Assembly: GCA_016839745.1 (NCBI GenBank)
Contig: JAEOTS010000122.1
Span: 11,977-75,976, forward strand
Origin: Promethearchaeota archaeon
GTDB lineage: Archaea; Asgardarchaeota; Lokiarchaeia; Sigyniarchaeales; SOKP01
Direction of reading: 5' to 3'
DNA length: 64,000 nt
Each line of letters starts with the position of its first letter. The first letter of the stretch is position 1. This document shows positions 9,325 through 19,808 of this stretch, piece after piece. Position numbers and translations under genes: made by a program. The notes under the pieces were generated by a model. It saw only the letters and a list, made by a program, of their open reading frames with translations, searched no databases and was not told where the DNA came from.

Positions 9325-10074
9325 TTATTTATTTAAGTAAGTAATTCTTTTAAATTCTAAAGACGCTATTAGAGCTTCAAGATTTTCTCCTAATTTGTAA
9401 AATTCTATCATTTTTTGTGGACTTTCAATATCATTCAAACTTGAAATGTGGTGAGAATCACAACCAATTGATACTTTAATATATTTCTCTTTCAATTTGT
9501 TAAAGAAGATATCATATTTCGGAGAGTAAAATTGTGGATAACTTGAATTGAACTCCACGATAACATCGTATTCTTTTAGGAATTCTAATAATACATCCAA
9601 ACCCCTAGTAATAAAAAATGAAGGATCGAAATGAGCAAGTCCTATTAGAGGAAAATCACTATTATATTTCTTCTTCCAAAAATTTAGAATCTTCTTAACG
9701 AAAGCTATTCCTTCAAAACTTTCGAGGTATTCGAATAAAATAAAATCATACTTGTTTGGAACTATATTGTTAATTATAAACTTCTCAGAACTACTTAAAT
9801 CTATCTCTATTCCCTTAAAAAGGGTCAATTTTTTATTTTCATTAACAAGAAAATCTTTACACCTTGATAAATCTTCTAAATATCTCTTAATTTTATCAAT
9901 ATTGTTAAGATTAGGGATATGATCGGCTTTCCATGAATCTGTAAAATGATCTGTAATGCAAATATAATCTAAATCCTTTTTCAGCGCACTATTTACAATT
10001 TCCTCTATGGAATTTCTTCCATCTGAATATTTTGAGTGGATATGTAAATTTAATTTAGGAGATTCTATTTTCAT
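9325..10074 (-). CDS. PHP-domain phosphoesterase
   Basis: HIHSKYSDG, ITDH, GIEID, LAH and GCDSH metal-binding motifs. Confidence 0.88.
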   Translation of the reverse strand: MKIESPKLNLHIHSKYSDGRNSIEEIVNSALKKDLDYICITDHFTDSWKADHIPNLNNIDKIKRYLEDLSRCKDFLVNENKKLTLFKGIEIDLSSSEKFIINNIVPNKYDFILFEYLESFEGIAFVKKILNFWKKKYNSDFPLIGLAHFDPSFFITRGLDVLLEFLKEYDVIVEFNSSYPQFYSPKYDIFFNKLKEKYIKVSIGCDSHHISSLNDIESPQKMIEFYKLGENLEALIASLEFKRITYLNK

Positions 10075-10120
10075 AACTCTATCTTTTAAAATTTTTAAAA
10101 GATATTATATTTTAAGCTAA

Positions 10121-11992
10121 CTAAATCCCTAGTGATTTTATTTCTTTATTGCGAAACCAAGATAAAATTCCGAAAATGAAGAGAATTATTCCAAAAATAA
10201 AAAGTACTGAAGTAAAAAGAGTTGTCCCTGCGAAACCTGGGATGTTCGTAATAGATGTACCGATATTAATAAATATATCCTGTATCGAGACGAAATTATT
10301 TACGAACATAAACACTATACTAAAAATAACAACTCCCGAGATAAATAGCAAAACATCTATTATCAGATTTATAGTATGGATTAATTTAGATTTTTTTTTT
10401 CCTAAATCAATGATCTGAGCATTCCCGATATTAATTGCGACCCTCTCTTTATCAACAAACTTAACAAAATAATACGCTAACTCTCTCAGAGGCAATAAAT
10501 CGAGAATAACTGTTATAACTGTAAACACACACACTATAATTAAAACTCGATTTATTATTACTAAATCAGGGTTAACATCTGAAAAATTATTTATCGCCCA
10601 TATAAAGAGCCCTATTATAATAGAAAAGAAGAATTTAATACCGGTTAGTGTCAAATTTATTGAGGGTTTATCAGTTATGGCTAACAAGTGATAGGTAAAG
10701 CCAATTACTAATATTATCAGTCCTAAAACTAAAGCTGGGATTGAAATTATAATACCTAGTATCACAGCAAAAACTAAAAAACAAATAAAAATAAAAATTG
10801 GTAAAAAAGGAAAGAAAGGCGCCTTAAACGGGCGATCTAACTCCTTTCTCTTTCGTCTTAATTTTACAGCAGCGTAATTTACAAAAGCAAGAGCAAAAAA
10901 GTATATGAAATTAGTAATTTCAGCTGTTAATCCAATTCCCGCAAAAATTGTGAATAGTAGAACTAAAATAACAGAAATAATTAAACCCAAAACAGGTAGA
11001 TCTGATTTTGTTTTAGTCTCTCTAATTTTTTCATGAACAAATCGATCTCTTGCTAAAGCAGTAATTACAGCTACTGCTGAACCCAATGCTGCATTTATAG
11101 CGATTAACGTTGAAATAATAGCAGCAAAAACCATAAAATAGAAACCAAATGTTCCAATAACGCTTTCAAATACATCAGCTAATAATACGGGATTATCACT
11201 TAAATCAGCGGGATTTCCTCCTATAACTAATAAAACTACAAAAGTAATTGATAAATATATAACTAATGTTATAATTATCGCATATATAATTGTTTTAGGG
11301 ATGTTCTTTGAAGGGTTTTTTAATTCGGGGTTTAAATAAGCTATGTTTGAAGTTATTGAGGTAAAAAAAATAAATAATAATAAAAAGCCCGGAATAACCC
11401 CCTCAAATTTAATTGGAGGAAGAAAAAAATTAGGATTTGTGAATGGTGAGATTAATAATCCAGAAATAATAAAGAACGCAAATAAGCAAATTAATATGAA
11501 GGTTAGCAATAATAACGCTTTGATAGCAATTTTTTGCGTCCTGAAAATTATAATGCTTGTAAAAAGTACAGGCAAGATAGATATAATTGTTACTATTATA
11601 TCTGAAATTGGAAGGTTAAATTTAGTAAAAACTTCATTAAACACAGATGCAAATATTTGTGCCGAAAATGAACATGTTGCGATATTTGCTATCCATAAAA
11701 AGAAACCAATTATAAAAGCTAAGAATCCACCAAGACCCTCTTTGCTAAAATTATAAGCACCTCCAGCAATTGGAAGACTTGTAGAGAGTTCAGCATAATT
11801 TAATCCCGTAAAAAAAATTAATATCCCCCCTAAAAGGAGACTTAATAATAAACCCGATCCGGCATATTCAATACCTAATCCTAACAATATGAATATGGAA
11901 CCACCTATTCCACATCCTATACCATATATTATCCCTTGAGATAACTTCAGTGTCCTTTCTTGTACAACTTCTTTGGGTTTTATCTCATTCAA
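10121..11992 (-). CDS. APC-family amino acid permease with extra C-terminal TM helices
   Basis: GIGGSIF, YAELSTSLPIAGGAY, ELKNPSKNIPK, RPFKAPFFP. Confidence 0.88.
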   Translation of the reverse strand: MNEIKPKEVVQERTLKLSQGIIYGIGCGIGGSIFILLGLGIEYAGSGLLLSLLLGGILIFFTGLNYAELSTSLPIAGGAYNFSKEGLGGFLAFIIGFFLWIANIATCSFSAQIFASVFNEVFTKFNLPISDIIVTIISILPVLFTSIIIFRTQKIAIKALLLLTFILICLFAFFIISGLLISPFTNPNFFLPPIKFEGVIPGFLLLFIFFTSITSNIAYLNPELKNPSKNIPKTIIYAIIITLVIYLSITFVVLLVIGGNPADLSDNPVLLADVFESVIGTFGFYFMVFAAIISTLIAINAALGSAVAVITALARDRFVHEKIRETKTKSDLPVLGLIISVILVLLFTIFAGIGLTAEITNFIYFFALAFVNYAAVKLRRKRKELDRPFKAPFFPFLPIFIFICFLVFAVILGIIISIPALVLGLIILVIGFTYHLLAITDKPSINLTLTGIKFFFSIIIGLFIWAINNFSDVNPDLVIINRVLIIVCVFTVITVILDLLPLRELAYYFVKFVDKERVAINIGNAQIIDLGKKKSKLIHTINLIIDVLLFISGVVIFSIVFMFVNNFVSIQDIFINIGTSITNIPGFAGTTLFTSVLFIFGIILFIFGILSWFRNKEIKSLGI

Positions 11993-12054
11993 GTTTAATC
12001 GTTCTGTATTGTACTTTTCTTGTTAGGATATCTTAAGATCAAAACTATACTCAT

Positions 12055-13506
12055 TTAAGATTTTTCAAGATGAAAAACTCCACTAGCGACTGAAAAAACT
12101 CCCGCAATTATTAGGATAAGAAAAAGTAAGATTTCCATTTCGCTAAAATTTATAACTCCGGCGAAACCGAGTAGTACCAATATTATTATTAGTATTCCGA
12201 CACCAATAAGAATACCGCCGAAAAATTTTGATAATCTATAAACTAACGAGAGGAATTCTAATCTGTGAATTCTACTCTCTTTATCTCGAATTTCTTCCTC
12301 TTGAGTTTCAAGTTCTAACTTTAGTTTTTGAAGGAGAGTTTTAGCGTCGTTGGTACTTTGATCAATAACTTCTTTAGATTTTACAAGTTTTTCATGTTCG
12401 GCATTCATATAATCTAGTTTCTCTGTAATAGAGTTTAATCGTTCTTCTCTTTCAGCATATTCAAGATTGGTGGTTTCAATATCTTTTTTGATATCTTCTA
12501 ATCTAGTTTCGTTTGCTTTGATTAGACTTTCTTGACTCGATATTTGTTCAACAATAGATTTAGTAGCTTCGTTATGTTGTTGTATTTGTGATTCGACTTC
12601 GATCAAATGTTCTTGCTTTTCTGTGAGTTGGATTTTATATTTTGCAATAAGTTCTTCGTATGTTTCTCTTTGTTTTTCCATTTCTGGAAAACCGTCTTTG
12701 TAATCCTCTATATTCTGTTCAATAATTTTAATCCGAGTCTCATTTTTCTCAATTTGCTCAGTTAATAGCTTCTTTTCTTCCTCTTTCGCTTCTATTTCTT
12801 TGTTAGTATGTTCTAATTCGAATTTATTTTTACCTATTGAAACTTTAAGTGTTTCGTTTTCAGCTGTTTGACTTTTTATCTTTTTTTCTAAAGCCTCGGC
12901 AGTTTCTCTTTGTTTTTCAAGTAAGTTCTCTTTTTCTTGTATTTCTTGATTCAATTTTGTAATACTATTACGGAGTTCCTCTTGATTAGTTACTTTCTCT
13001 TTTACACTATCAGTAAGAACAATTAAATCTACTTGTCTCGTTTCAAAAGTATGTACTAACTGTTCATTATTTTTTAGTAATTCCTTATATTCAACTTCTA
13101 AATTTTCTTTGCTCTCCTTAATTATTTCAAATCGTTCTTCTAAATTTTGCATATCTTCATTTTTATGATTATATCTTTCCTCAAGCGCCTTAATGGTTTC
13201 TTCAACAGCAGTTAAATATTCCTCTTTATCTTCAACTTTACTTTGAAATAATTCTAACTTTTCTTGAGCTTCTCGGATTTCTTCACTAATCTTATCACTT
13301 CTTCTTTCTTTTTTGTCCGGTTCTGTGTCACCATCTTTAATTGTACCAGAAATATCTTCAATACTATTTTCAAAAGTTCTAAGTTTCTTGTCAATCAAAT
13401 CTCTTGAATTTTTAGCTTTTGATAAGTATTCTTTATCAACTTTTTCAACATCTTTTTCTGATTTATCCTCTGTTTTTTCCGGTTCCTCTTTGATCTCGTC
13501 AGTCAT
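12055..13506 (-). CDS. Long coiled-coil protein with a C-terminal two-helix membrane anchor
   Basis: About 400 aa of E/K/Q-rich heptad sequence, no Walker motifs, and two hydrophobic segments at the extreme C-terminus. Confidence 0.75.
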   Translation of the reverse strand: MTDEIKEEPEKTEDKSEKDVEKVDKEYLSKAKNSRDLIDKKLRTFENSIEDISGTIKDGDTEPDKKERRSDKISEEIREAQEKLELFQSKVEDKEEYLTAVEETIKALEERYNHKNEDMQNLEERFEIIKESKENLEVEYKELLKNNEQLVHTFETRQVDLIVLTDSVKEKVTNQEELRNSITKLNQEIQEKENLLEKQRETAEALEKKIKSQTAENETLKVSIGKNKFELEHTNKEIEAKEEEKKLLTEQIEKNETRIKIIEQNIEDYKDGFPEMEKQRETYEELIAKYKIQLTEKQEHLIEVESQIQQHNEATKSIVEQISSQESLIKANETRLEDIKKDIETTNLEYAEREERLNSITEKLDYMNAEHEKLVKSKEVIDQSTNDAKTLLQKLKLELETQEEEIRDKESRIHRLEFLSLVYRLSKFFGGILIGVGILIIILVLLGFAGVINFSEMEILLFLILIIAGVFSVASGVFHLEKS

Positions 13507-13945
13507 AGTAAGATTTTTATTTTAGGAATTTTAGATTTGCATTTAATAAAAGGAGAATTTGGAATTTATAATTTAATATTTATTTAAATACAAAAAATAT
13601 ATTTTATCTTGCTTAACCATATGTTGACACAAATAAATATTCATTTTCTACATCAAACAAACTTCTTTATAAAATATACTCAACACAAATATTTAAACTT
13701 TTGACATGATTTTATTTAGGGGGTTTTTCGTTGCTAGATCAAGCAATAAATTTATATAAGAGTATCTATAGAAAGATAGAAAAAAAAGATTTTTCAACAG
13801 CTTAGATTACGGTATCAATAACCCCAACCGTTATAGTTCTTACAGAATAACATCAAAATTAAGAATCTAAGAATTTTCTTAATATATTAGTTCATTCTAT
13901 TCTGATCCTGACTAAATATTCTTGAAAATATTGGGATCGTATTGA

Positions 13946-15415
13946 TTAGCTTTCATTGATTAATCTAATCTTAATATTGATGAAAAAAGTTCTAGGCCCA
14001 AAAGTTACTAAAGCATAATAATTCTCACGGCTCCCAACTTCTAATTTTCTATCAACAATAGGTAAGATTAATTGACGGTTTCCATAAGTGCTTGCCAATT
14101 CATGATCATAATGGTTAAAATCGGCACGGTTTTCAAGTGCTGTTACTGTATGTAGAAATTGGGAACTGTCCTTAGAGGAAATTTCAGCAAACATATAATG
14201 CAAATCAATATAATTTCCGTACTCATGTTCATTCATAATTAAGCTTACGGTTGTATGATATGACTTAACAAGTAATTCCCCATTTTTTAAATTCGGATTT
14301 GCTTCTAAGCTTAAGTTTAACACTTTCTCAATTACATTTGTAATATACAGTAATTGGGTTATAGCATAACTCCTCAACTTTACTTTATATGTTAAAGTTA
14401 ATTCATTTTTATTTTCGACTCGACTAATTTCTTTAATTTCTTTCATAGAATTAAACATCGAAGGATCTTTACTAGGTGAGAAGTTTGTCGGATTTAATCT
14501 ATTTAGGTTTCTATATCCCCAACTTCTTAAGATATTTTTTTGTGAGAATTTTAAAGTTTCCGTAGCTTCCAAAAATCCTCTTACCATTTGGGATATTTCT
14601 AAAGTTGGAGTAGCACTTCCAATTATAATTCTGTGCCATGAATTTTGTAAAAATCCCTGTATTGAAAACATTTGAGAGAAAGCACTAGTAGGTGTCATAC
14701 CCCCAAAAGTTCTCGGATCAATTTCGACCCACACATTATTGTAGAGTTTTAGAAGCTGATAGTATAAATTAAAATCTCCAGAGATATCTAAACCACTCAA
14801 AATTGTAACGATATCGGAATGTTGTGATAAAAATGACTTAATTTTATCGTATGTAGTGTATTCCGTGTTGTTCTCTGGGAGATTAGTATTTCCTATATCA
14901 ATTTTAAGGAAATAACCCTTTTCCTTACAGTAATTAATTAAATCATTAAAGTTATTGTTGTCTGCATCAGTTATGTCTAGTTTTAAAAAAGAGGGATAAA
15001 CTACTACTCCAACGACTGGAATTTGATTTTGGATCGATTTTATGAAGGGTATGGCGCTATTGCTAAGATCAAAAGATAAAATTGCTTTAAACAAATTAGG
15101 CTCCTTTTTTACAACTGTGATTACATCCTCATTAGTAATTCCGTAATCCCTATGCAAATCCATTGCCTGGATCAGTCCATGCTTGATATTTGAGATAAAA
15201 AGCTCTATTTTTTCATCTTCTACACTAATTTTTCTACAATAAAAATAATTTTTCCCATCGTTATCTTGAAGCTTTAAAAGAGTTGCTAGAGCATTAGAAG
15301 GCTCAATATCGTTAAATATCGGCCAAATTAAGGAATCTATTTGACCGTAGATAAAAGCATTTGCGTAATTTGCTCCAAATATAGAACTCAAGTCTGGTTG
15401 ATATAATCTTTCCAT
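13946..15415 (-). CDS. Degenerate amidohydrolase-like barrel fused to a YjbQ/UPF0047 domain
   Basis: C-terminal HTTVSLIMNE...HELASTYG..LILPIVDRKLEVG..GPR matches YjbQ. The N-terminal part (VYP, YNNVWVE, RIIIGSATP, YRNLNRL) has the layout of Amidohydro_2. Confidence 0.6.
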   Translation of the reverse strand: MERLYQPDLSSIFGANYANAFIYGQIDSLIWPIFNDIEPSNALATLLKLQDNDGKNYFYCRKISVEDEKIELFISNIKHGLIQAMDLHRDYGITNEDVITVVKKEPNLFKAILSFDLSNSAIPFIKSIQNQIPVVGVVVYPSFLKLDITDADNNNFNDLINYCKEKGYFLKIDIGNTNLPENNTEYTTYDKIKSFLSQHSDIVTILSGLDISGDFNLYYQLLKLYNNVWVEIDPRTFGGMTPTSAFSQMFSIQGFLQNSWHRIIIGSATPTLEISQMVRGFLEATETLKFSQKNILRSWGYRNLNRLNPTNFSPSKDPSMFNSMKEIKEISRVENKNELTLTYKVKLRSYAITQLLYITNVIEKVLNLSLEANPNLKNGELLVKSYHTTVSLIMNEHEYGNYIDLHYMFAEISSKDSSQFLHTVTALENRADFNHYDHELASTYGNRQLILPIVDRKLEVGSRENYYALVTFGPRTFFINIKIRLINES

Positions 15416-15522
15416 AGTAATTTCCTCTTTTTACAAATCGAACTTTAAATATTAAGCACTTTAAATAAAATATTTTAATGTAAGAAACCAAATAATAATT
15501 ATTAAGTTAATTCCTCTAATTT

Positions 15523-17523
15523 TTGAATTTTGCATTTATGATTGATTTAAAACTTGGAAACTATCCTATTATTATATCCCCTAATATTGGAAATCCTATT
15601 TTATTAAATTTAAAGGATTATCAAGATCGAGCTCAATTTCCCATAAAGAACTTGTCTTTTAGGGCTCTAGTAATTGCTTCTAAATCTCATTCAGCTCAAA
15701 AAATTTTGGAAAACTTTCATCAAAATTTATTTATCCAACCAATATTGAAAGAAAACGGTGAGTTTTCAAAAAGACGAGGAGATTTAATAGACTTACATCT
15801 TGTCGAAATTGAAAAAATTGAAAAATTAGATTTCAGAGACCAACCAGTTTTAGAGGAAGAGAATTGTATAGTATGGGACATTAATAATTGCGTTTTTCAA
15901 TTTGACGATGTTTTTGGAAAAAGAGAAGCTCTTTATAGAGTAAGATTAGAAATACGCGAACTTGTAACAATAGAAAAATTATTAAAAAATTCTAACCGAG
16001 ATTTTCTATTGTTCGATATCGTTCATGATATCCCCAATCTGAGCGAGAATAAGGTAAATTATCATAGTATCGCAATATTCGATAAAGATTGGAAAGATTT
16101 TAACTTTATTCACGCTACAGATTTTCACATTGCAAGGAGAAACGACTTTATATTACACTACTTAAGGGAAAAAGTAAGATCCAAGGTTGATAAATTTGGT
16201 TCTAAAGTTAAAAAATTATCTAAAATTGATAAATTTGTTTTAACCCGAGACTTTGAATTTAAAGAAGAATTCCAAGAGAATAGATACGAGGAACTAAGGA
16301 CTGCAAAATACAATTTTAATTATAATTTAAGAAAATTAATAGAATTTGCAAACAATAGAGCTTCGAAAAGAAATCTCGATTTTATGTTTATGACAGGGGA
16401 TTTAATAGACTACTTAAACATAGCGAGAGGAAATTATCAATATGAGAATAATTTTCAAGTTTTTTTAGATATTTTACTTGGTTTGAATAAAGGATTAGAA
16501 AATCCTCCATATTTAGGAGCTGATGAGGAATTTGTCAATAAACAAGAGATTATGGTTCCAATTTTTACAACAATTGGAAATCACGATTATCGCAAAGAAC
16601 ATTATGGGATGAGATTTGGTCAAATTCACAAAATTTTCGGGATGACTCATTCAGATGTAAAAGGATATTATGACATTAAATTCTTTAACTACATTACTGC
16701 TCTTAGGTCTGATGATAAGTATTTGAAGGATTATTTTAGATATATTAACCCTAATCTTAATTTTAACCTAAAAATTGGTGAAAAGTATAATTTTATTTTC
16801 CTTGATACTGGACAGGATTCGATAGCAGATATGCATGACTTATTAAAAGGGGGTCCGAGTACTAAAGGGATTAAAGAGTATCAAGTAGATTTATTGCGTG
16901 CTTATATAAGATTAGCTCATAATGAAAAAGTTATTGTAGTTATGCACACGCCCCCCATTTCCCCTAATCTTAATGCAAATAAAAGAAGAAAATATAAAAA
17001 AAAATTGAATATCAAGAATAGAAAATTAGAATGGTCCGATTTCTACGAACAAAATTTAAGAAGATACGTTGGAACTGGAAGGTTAGACAAGATATTAAAC
17101 TTAAAATACCAAACAATCATGTATAATTGGTCCACGCTTCTAAGAATTTTTACAGGCTCAGATAAGATCATTAGAAGGAAAGTTGATATTGTAATGTGTG
17201 GACATACACACACTTTAAAGGAATATCGTTTAAAAGAAGCTAAAAAAACCGAGCGAATAAATTTTGGTTTTTGGTTTTTCCCTATTTATATAGAAGTACC
17301 GTGTGAAGTTTATACTTCGCTTTATCGAGATAAATTTAAGGAAATCAAGGATCCTCTAGATTTACAAGTCTGGTTCGATGTAAACAAACCATTTATATTT
17401 CAAACACAAGCTGTGGGACCACTTTCGGCGCACTTCAAATTTAAACCGCCCGGCTTTAGACTTTACACCATAAAAGATAATCAAATGACTAATGCTAAAG
17501 TATTTTCATTACACCTAAGGTGA
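15523..17523 (+). CDS. Large calcineurin-like metallophosphoesterase
   Basis: TDFH, TGDLID, GNHD, MHTP and GHTH motifs in order. The start may be the ATG at 15538. Confidence 0.82.
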   Translation: MNFAFMIDLKLGNYPIIISPNIGNPILLNLKDYQDRAQFPIKNLSFRALVIASKSHSAQKILENFHQNLFIQPILKENGEFSKRRGDLIDLHLVEIEKIEKLDFRDQPVLEEENCIVWDINNCVFQFDDVFGKREALYRVRLEIRELVTIEKLLKNSNRDFLLFDIVHDIPNLSENKVNYHSIAIFDKDWKDFNFIHATDFHIARRNDFILHYLREKVRSKVDKFGSKVKKLSKIDKFVLTRDFEFKEEFQENRYEELRTAKYNFNYNLRKLIEFANNRASKRNLDFMFMTGDLIDYLNIARGNYQYENNFQVFLDILLGLNKGLENPPYLGADEEFVNKQEIMVPIFTTIGNHDYRKEHYGMRFGQIHKIFGMTHSDVKGYYDIKFFNYITALRSDDKYLKDYFRYINPNLNFNLKIGEKYNFIFLDTGQDSIADMHDLLKGGPSTKGIKEYQVDLLRAYIRLAHNEKVIVVMHTPPISPNLNANKRRKYKKKLNIKNRKLEWSDFYEQNLRRYVGTGRLDKILNLKYQTIMYNWSTLLRIFTGSDKIIRRKVDIVMCGHTHTLKEYRLKEAKKTERINFGFWFFPIYIEVPCEVYTSLYRDKFKEIKDPLDLQVWFDVNKPFIFQTQAVGPLSAHFKFKPPGFRLYTIKDNQMTNAKVFSLHLR

Positions 17524-17543
17524 AATATTTTGAGAGAGCACTA

Positions 17544-18512
17544 TTACTTATTGTTCATTAATTCGATTACTTCCTCATACGATGTATCTGGCATGGGTCC
17601 GAAAAATTGAACTTTTAACGCTCCAGCCGCGTTTGCAAACATTCCAACTCTTTTTAAATCCCAACCTGCTAAATAACCAACAATAAAAGCGCCATCAAAT
17701 GTATCACCTGCTCCTGTTGGATCTATTTCCTCAACTTTAAATCCTGGAACCTTTATACCATCTACCAATCCAGAAGTAAAAATAGTGCACCCATCTTTTC
17801 CTTGTTTCAAAACAACTAGTTTTAAACCTTCTTCTAATAATTTCTTACACGCTTTTGATTCTCCCTTCACACCCGCAAGCATTTCTGCTTCTTCTCCACT
17901 TGGGAATAGTATGGTAGTCCCTTCTAAAATTGGTTTAGAAATTTCTATGATCGTCTTTATATCTAGCATTTCTGGTCTTAAATTTGGATCGAATGAAATA
18001 ATTACTTTTGGATTTAATGATTGTGCAATTTTTATTGCTTTATAGCATGATTCCCGAGAACTTTCACTAATTGAAAGAGAACTTCCCATAATGTGAAGCG
18101 CTTTTATGTTTGAAAAGTATTCCTTTTCAATATCATCTGGAGAAGTTTGTCCTGCCGCTCCAGCAGCAAAAATGAATTTACGCGTGCCATCTGAATTATA
18201 TTGATTAAAGGCTATTCCAGTAGTTCTTGAATTGTTAATCCGAATTTTAGAAATATCGACGCCGTCAGATTTTAATTTATTAAAGATTACTTTTCCAAAT
18301 TCATCATTTCCAACAACACCGATAAAACCTGTAGATAAATCAAACGACTTAGACATTCGAGTAACAGAGTCTATAAAGATGGCAGGAGCTCCACTAGGAA
18401 ATGGTCCCTTATAAGAAGCCCCAACCATTCCATGAGGAGTATCTTTTTCAGATCTCATAACTTCAACTAATAATTCTCCCAAACAAATGATATTAGGTCC
18501 CATTGTGATCAA
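17544..18512 (-). CDS. PfkB-family sugar kinase
   Basis: SGAPA, GNDEFG, FDPNLR, KQGKDG, DPTGAGDTFDG. Confidence 0.92.
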   Translation of the reverse strand: MITMGPNIICLGELLVEVMRSEKDTPHGMVGASYKGPFPSGAPAIFIDSVTRMSKSFDLSTGFIGVVGNDEFGKVIFNKLKSDGVDISKIRINNSRTTGIAFNQYNSDGTRKFIFAAGAAGQTSPDDIEKEYFSNIKALHIMGSSLSISESSRESCYKAIKIAQSLNPKVIISFDPNLRPEMLDIKTIIEISKPILEGTTILFPSGEEAEMLAGVKGESKACKKLLEEGLKLVVLKQGKDGCTIFTSGLVDGIKVPGFKVEEIDPTGAGDTFDGAFIVGYLAGWDLKRVGMFANAAGALKVQFFGPMPDTSYEEVIELMNNK

Positions 18513-18650
18513 CTTCTATTTATAACATAAAAATTCATTTTTATTTAAATTTTTTAAAACAAATTTTCCTTTTATGAGAAGCGTACTTTTTTTTATATTT
18601 TAAATCTATATAATAATCAATAATTTTATTGATAAAATTAGGTGTGAAAA

Positions 18651-18890
18651 ATTAACAATAGGAAAAAAGTTGAATTAATAGCTGAAATTTTAGATAGATA
18701 CGACGATGGTGAATGTTTGTACTGTGGTGGAACTCTAAATGGCGATTTGGAAAGCGATGATTTCGATGATGGATATTCCGATGATTGGTGTGATAATTGT
18801 GCTAAAGAAATTGACCCTCATGACGACTGGGAAGATGCTTGCTTAATTGCAATAGATAAAGTTATTCACGATAAACCATTCAAGGCTTAA
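18651..18890 (+). CDS. Small acidic Cys-containing (probable Zn-binding) protein, 79 aa; not in the ORF track; probable ATT start
   Basis: Stop-free frame (I/M)NNRKKVELIAEILDRYDDGECLYCGG...WCDNCAKEIDPHDDWEDACLIAIDKVIHDKPFKA*, with two CxxC pairs and an SD-like AGGTG at 18640-18644. Confidence 0.7.
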   Translation: MNNRKKVELIAEILDRYDDGECLYCGGTLNGDLESDDFDDGYSDDWCDNCAKEIDPHDDWEDACLIAIDKVIHDKPFKA

Positions 18891-19070
18891 AATCTATTTA
18901 GTACCCTATTTCTATTAGGAAATAATTGAAATGGAAGATGGAACAAGAGAAATCGACCCATGTGATTTTATAGCATATTTTATGTCTAAAGTTGCCATAT
19001 AGTTTCCATGGATAAAAATGAGCATACCAATGTTATGGCCCTAAACCAAAGACTAAACTGTTGACATTAT

Positions 19071-19808
19071 TTAATGATTATGTCCAATAAATGAAAAGAT
19101 CAAAATCATAATAAGAACTCCGGCCAGAATTAACACTAATTGCTTAAGTGTATGTTTTAAGCCCCACTTCTGATGTAGCTCAGGGGCTAAATCTGATAAC
19201 GCTATATATAAGAAACTTGCTGCGGATATAGCCAGGGCGTATGGTACTATAAATGATATAGCTCCTAATACAAAATAACTAATTATCGCTGCAGGTATGG
19301 TGGTTAAACTTGATAATACATTATAAGAAAACGCTTTCTTCTTTGAAAACCCTCCATGCAAAAGAATTCCAAAATCTCCAGTCTCCTGAGGAATTTCATG
19401 AGCAATTATGGCAATAGCTGCGGCTAATCCTACGGTAAAATTCGTAAGGAATCCAGCGGTAATGACAATTCCGTCTATAAAGTTATGAAAAGCGTCTCCT
19501 ACTAATACGATAGGTCCAGCAGCAGCGTGAACATCACACTCCTCGTCAGTACAATTGCGCCAAATAATCAATTTCTCTAAGAAGAAGAAGAAAAGAATGC
19601 CACCTAACACATACGGCATTACAATATGAGATTCTCCTCCAACACTCTCAATTGCTTCAGGGATTAATCCAAGTAAGGCTGTAGTAAGTAGGGTCCCCGT
19701 AGCAAACGAGATTAATGTTGAAACTAACGCCTTTTGAAGTCTTTCTGCTAATAATACAAAACCGGCTGCTGCTAAAATAGCTCCTATACTGCCCAAAATA
19801 CTAAACAA
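19071..19808 (-). CDS. ZIP-family divalent metal transporter
   Basis: GDAFHNFIDG and AHEIPQETGDF signature motifs; multiple TM helices. Confidence 0.92.
   Translation of the reverse strand: MFSILGSIGAILAAAGFVLLAERLQKALVSTLISFATGTLLTTALLGLIPEAIESVGGESHIVMPYVLGGILFFFFLEKLIIWRNCTDEECDVHAAAGPIVLVGDAFHNFIDGIVITAGFLTNFTVGLAAAIAIIAHEIPQETGDFGILLHGGFSKKKAFSYNVLSSLTTIPAAIISYFVLGAISFIVPYALAISAASFLYIALSDLAPELHQKWGLKHTLKQLVLILAGVLIMILIFSFIGHNH

Noticed and set aside
12055-13506. SMC/Rad50 assignment for the coiled-coil protein
   Set aside because: No Walker A/B, signature motif, hinge or zinc hook.
13731-13850. TTG-initiated short frame (LDQAINLYKSIY...) after AGGGGG in a 440-bp intergenic gap
   Set aside because: Stops after ~24 codons and has no recognisable motif; at most a gene remnant.
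18642-18650. GTG-TGA in frame with the acidic miniprotein, suggesting selenocysteine at codon 2
   Set aside because: The GTG is better explained as part of the SD-like AGGTG; I could not identify a SECIS and the context is not redox-motif-like.
18931-19002. 23-codon ATG ORF (MEDGTREIDPCDF...)
   Set aside because: Too short and without supporting motifs.
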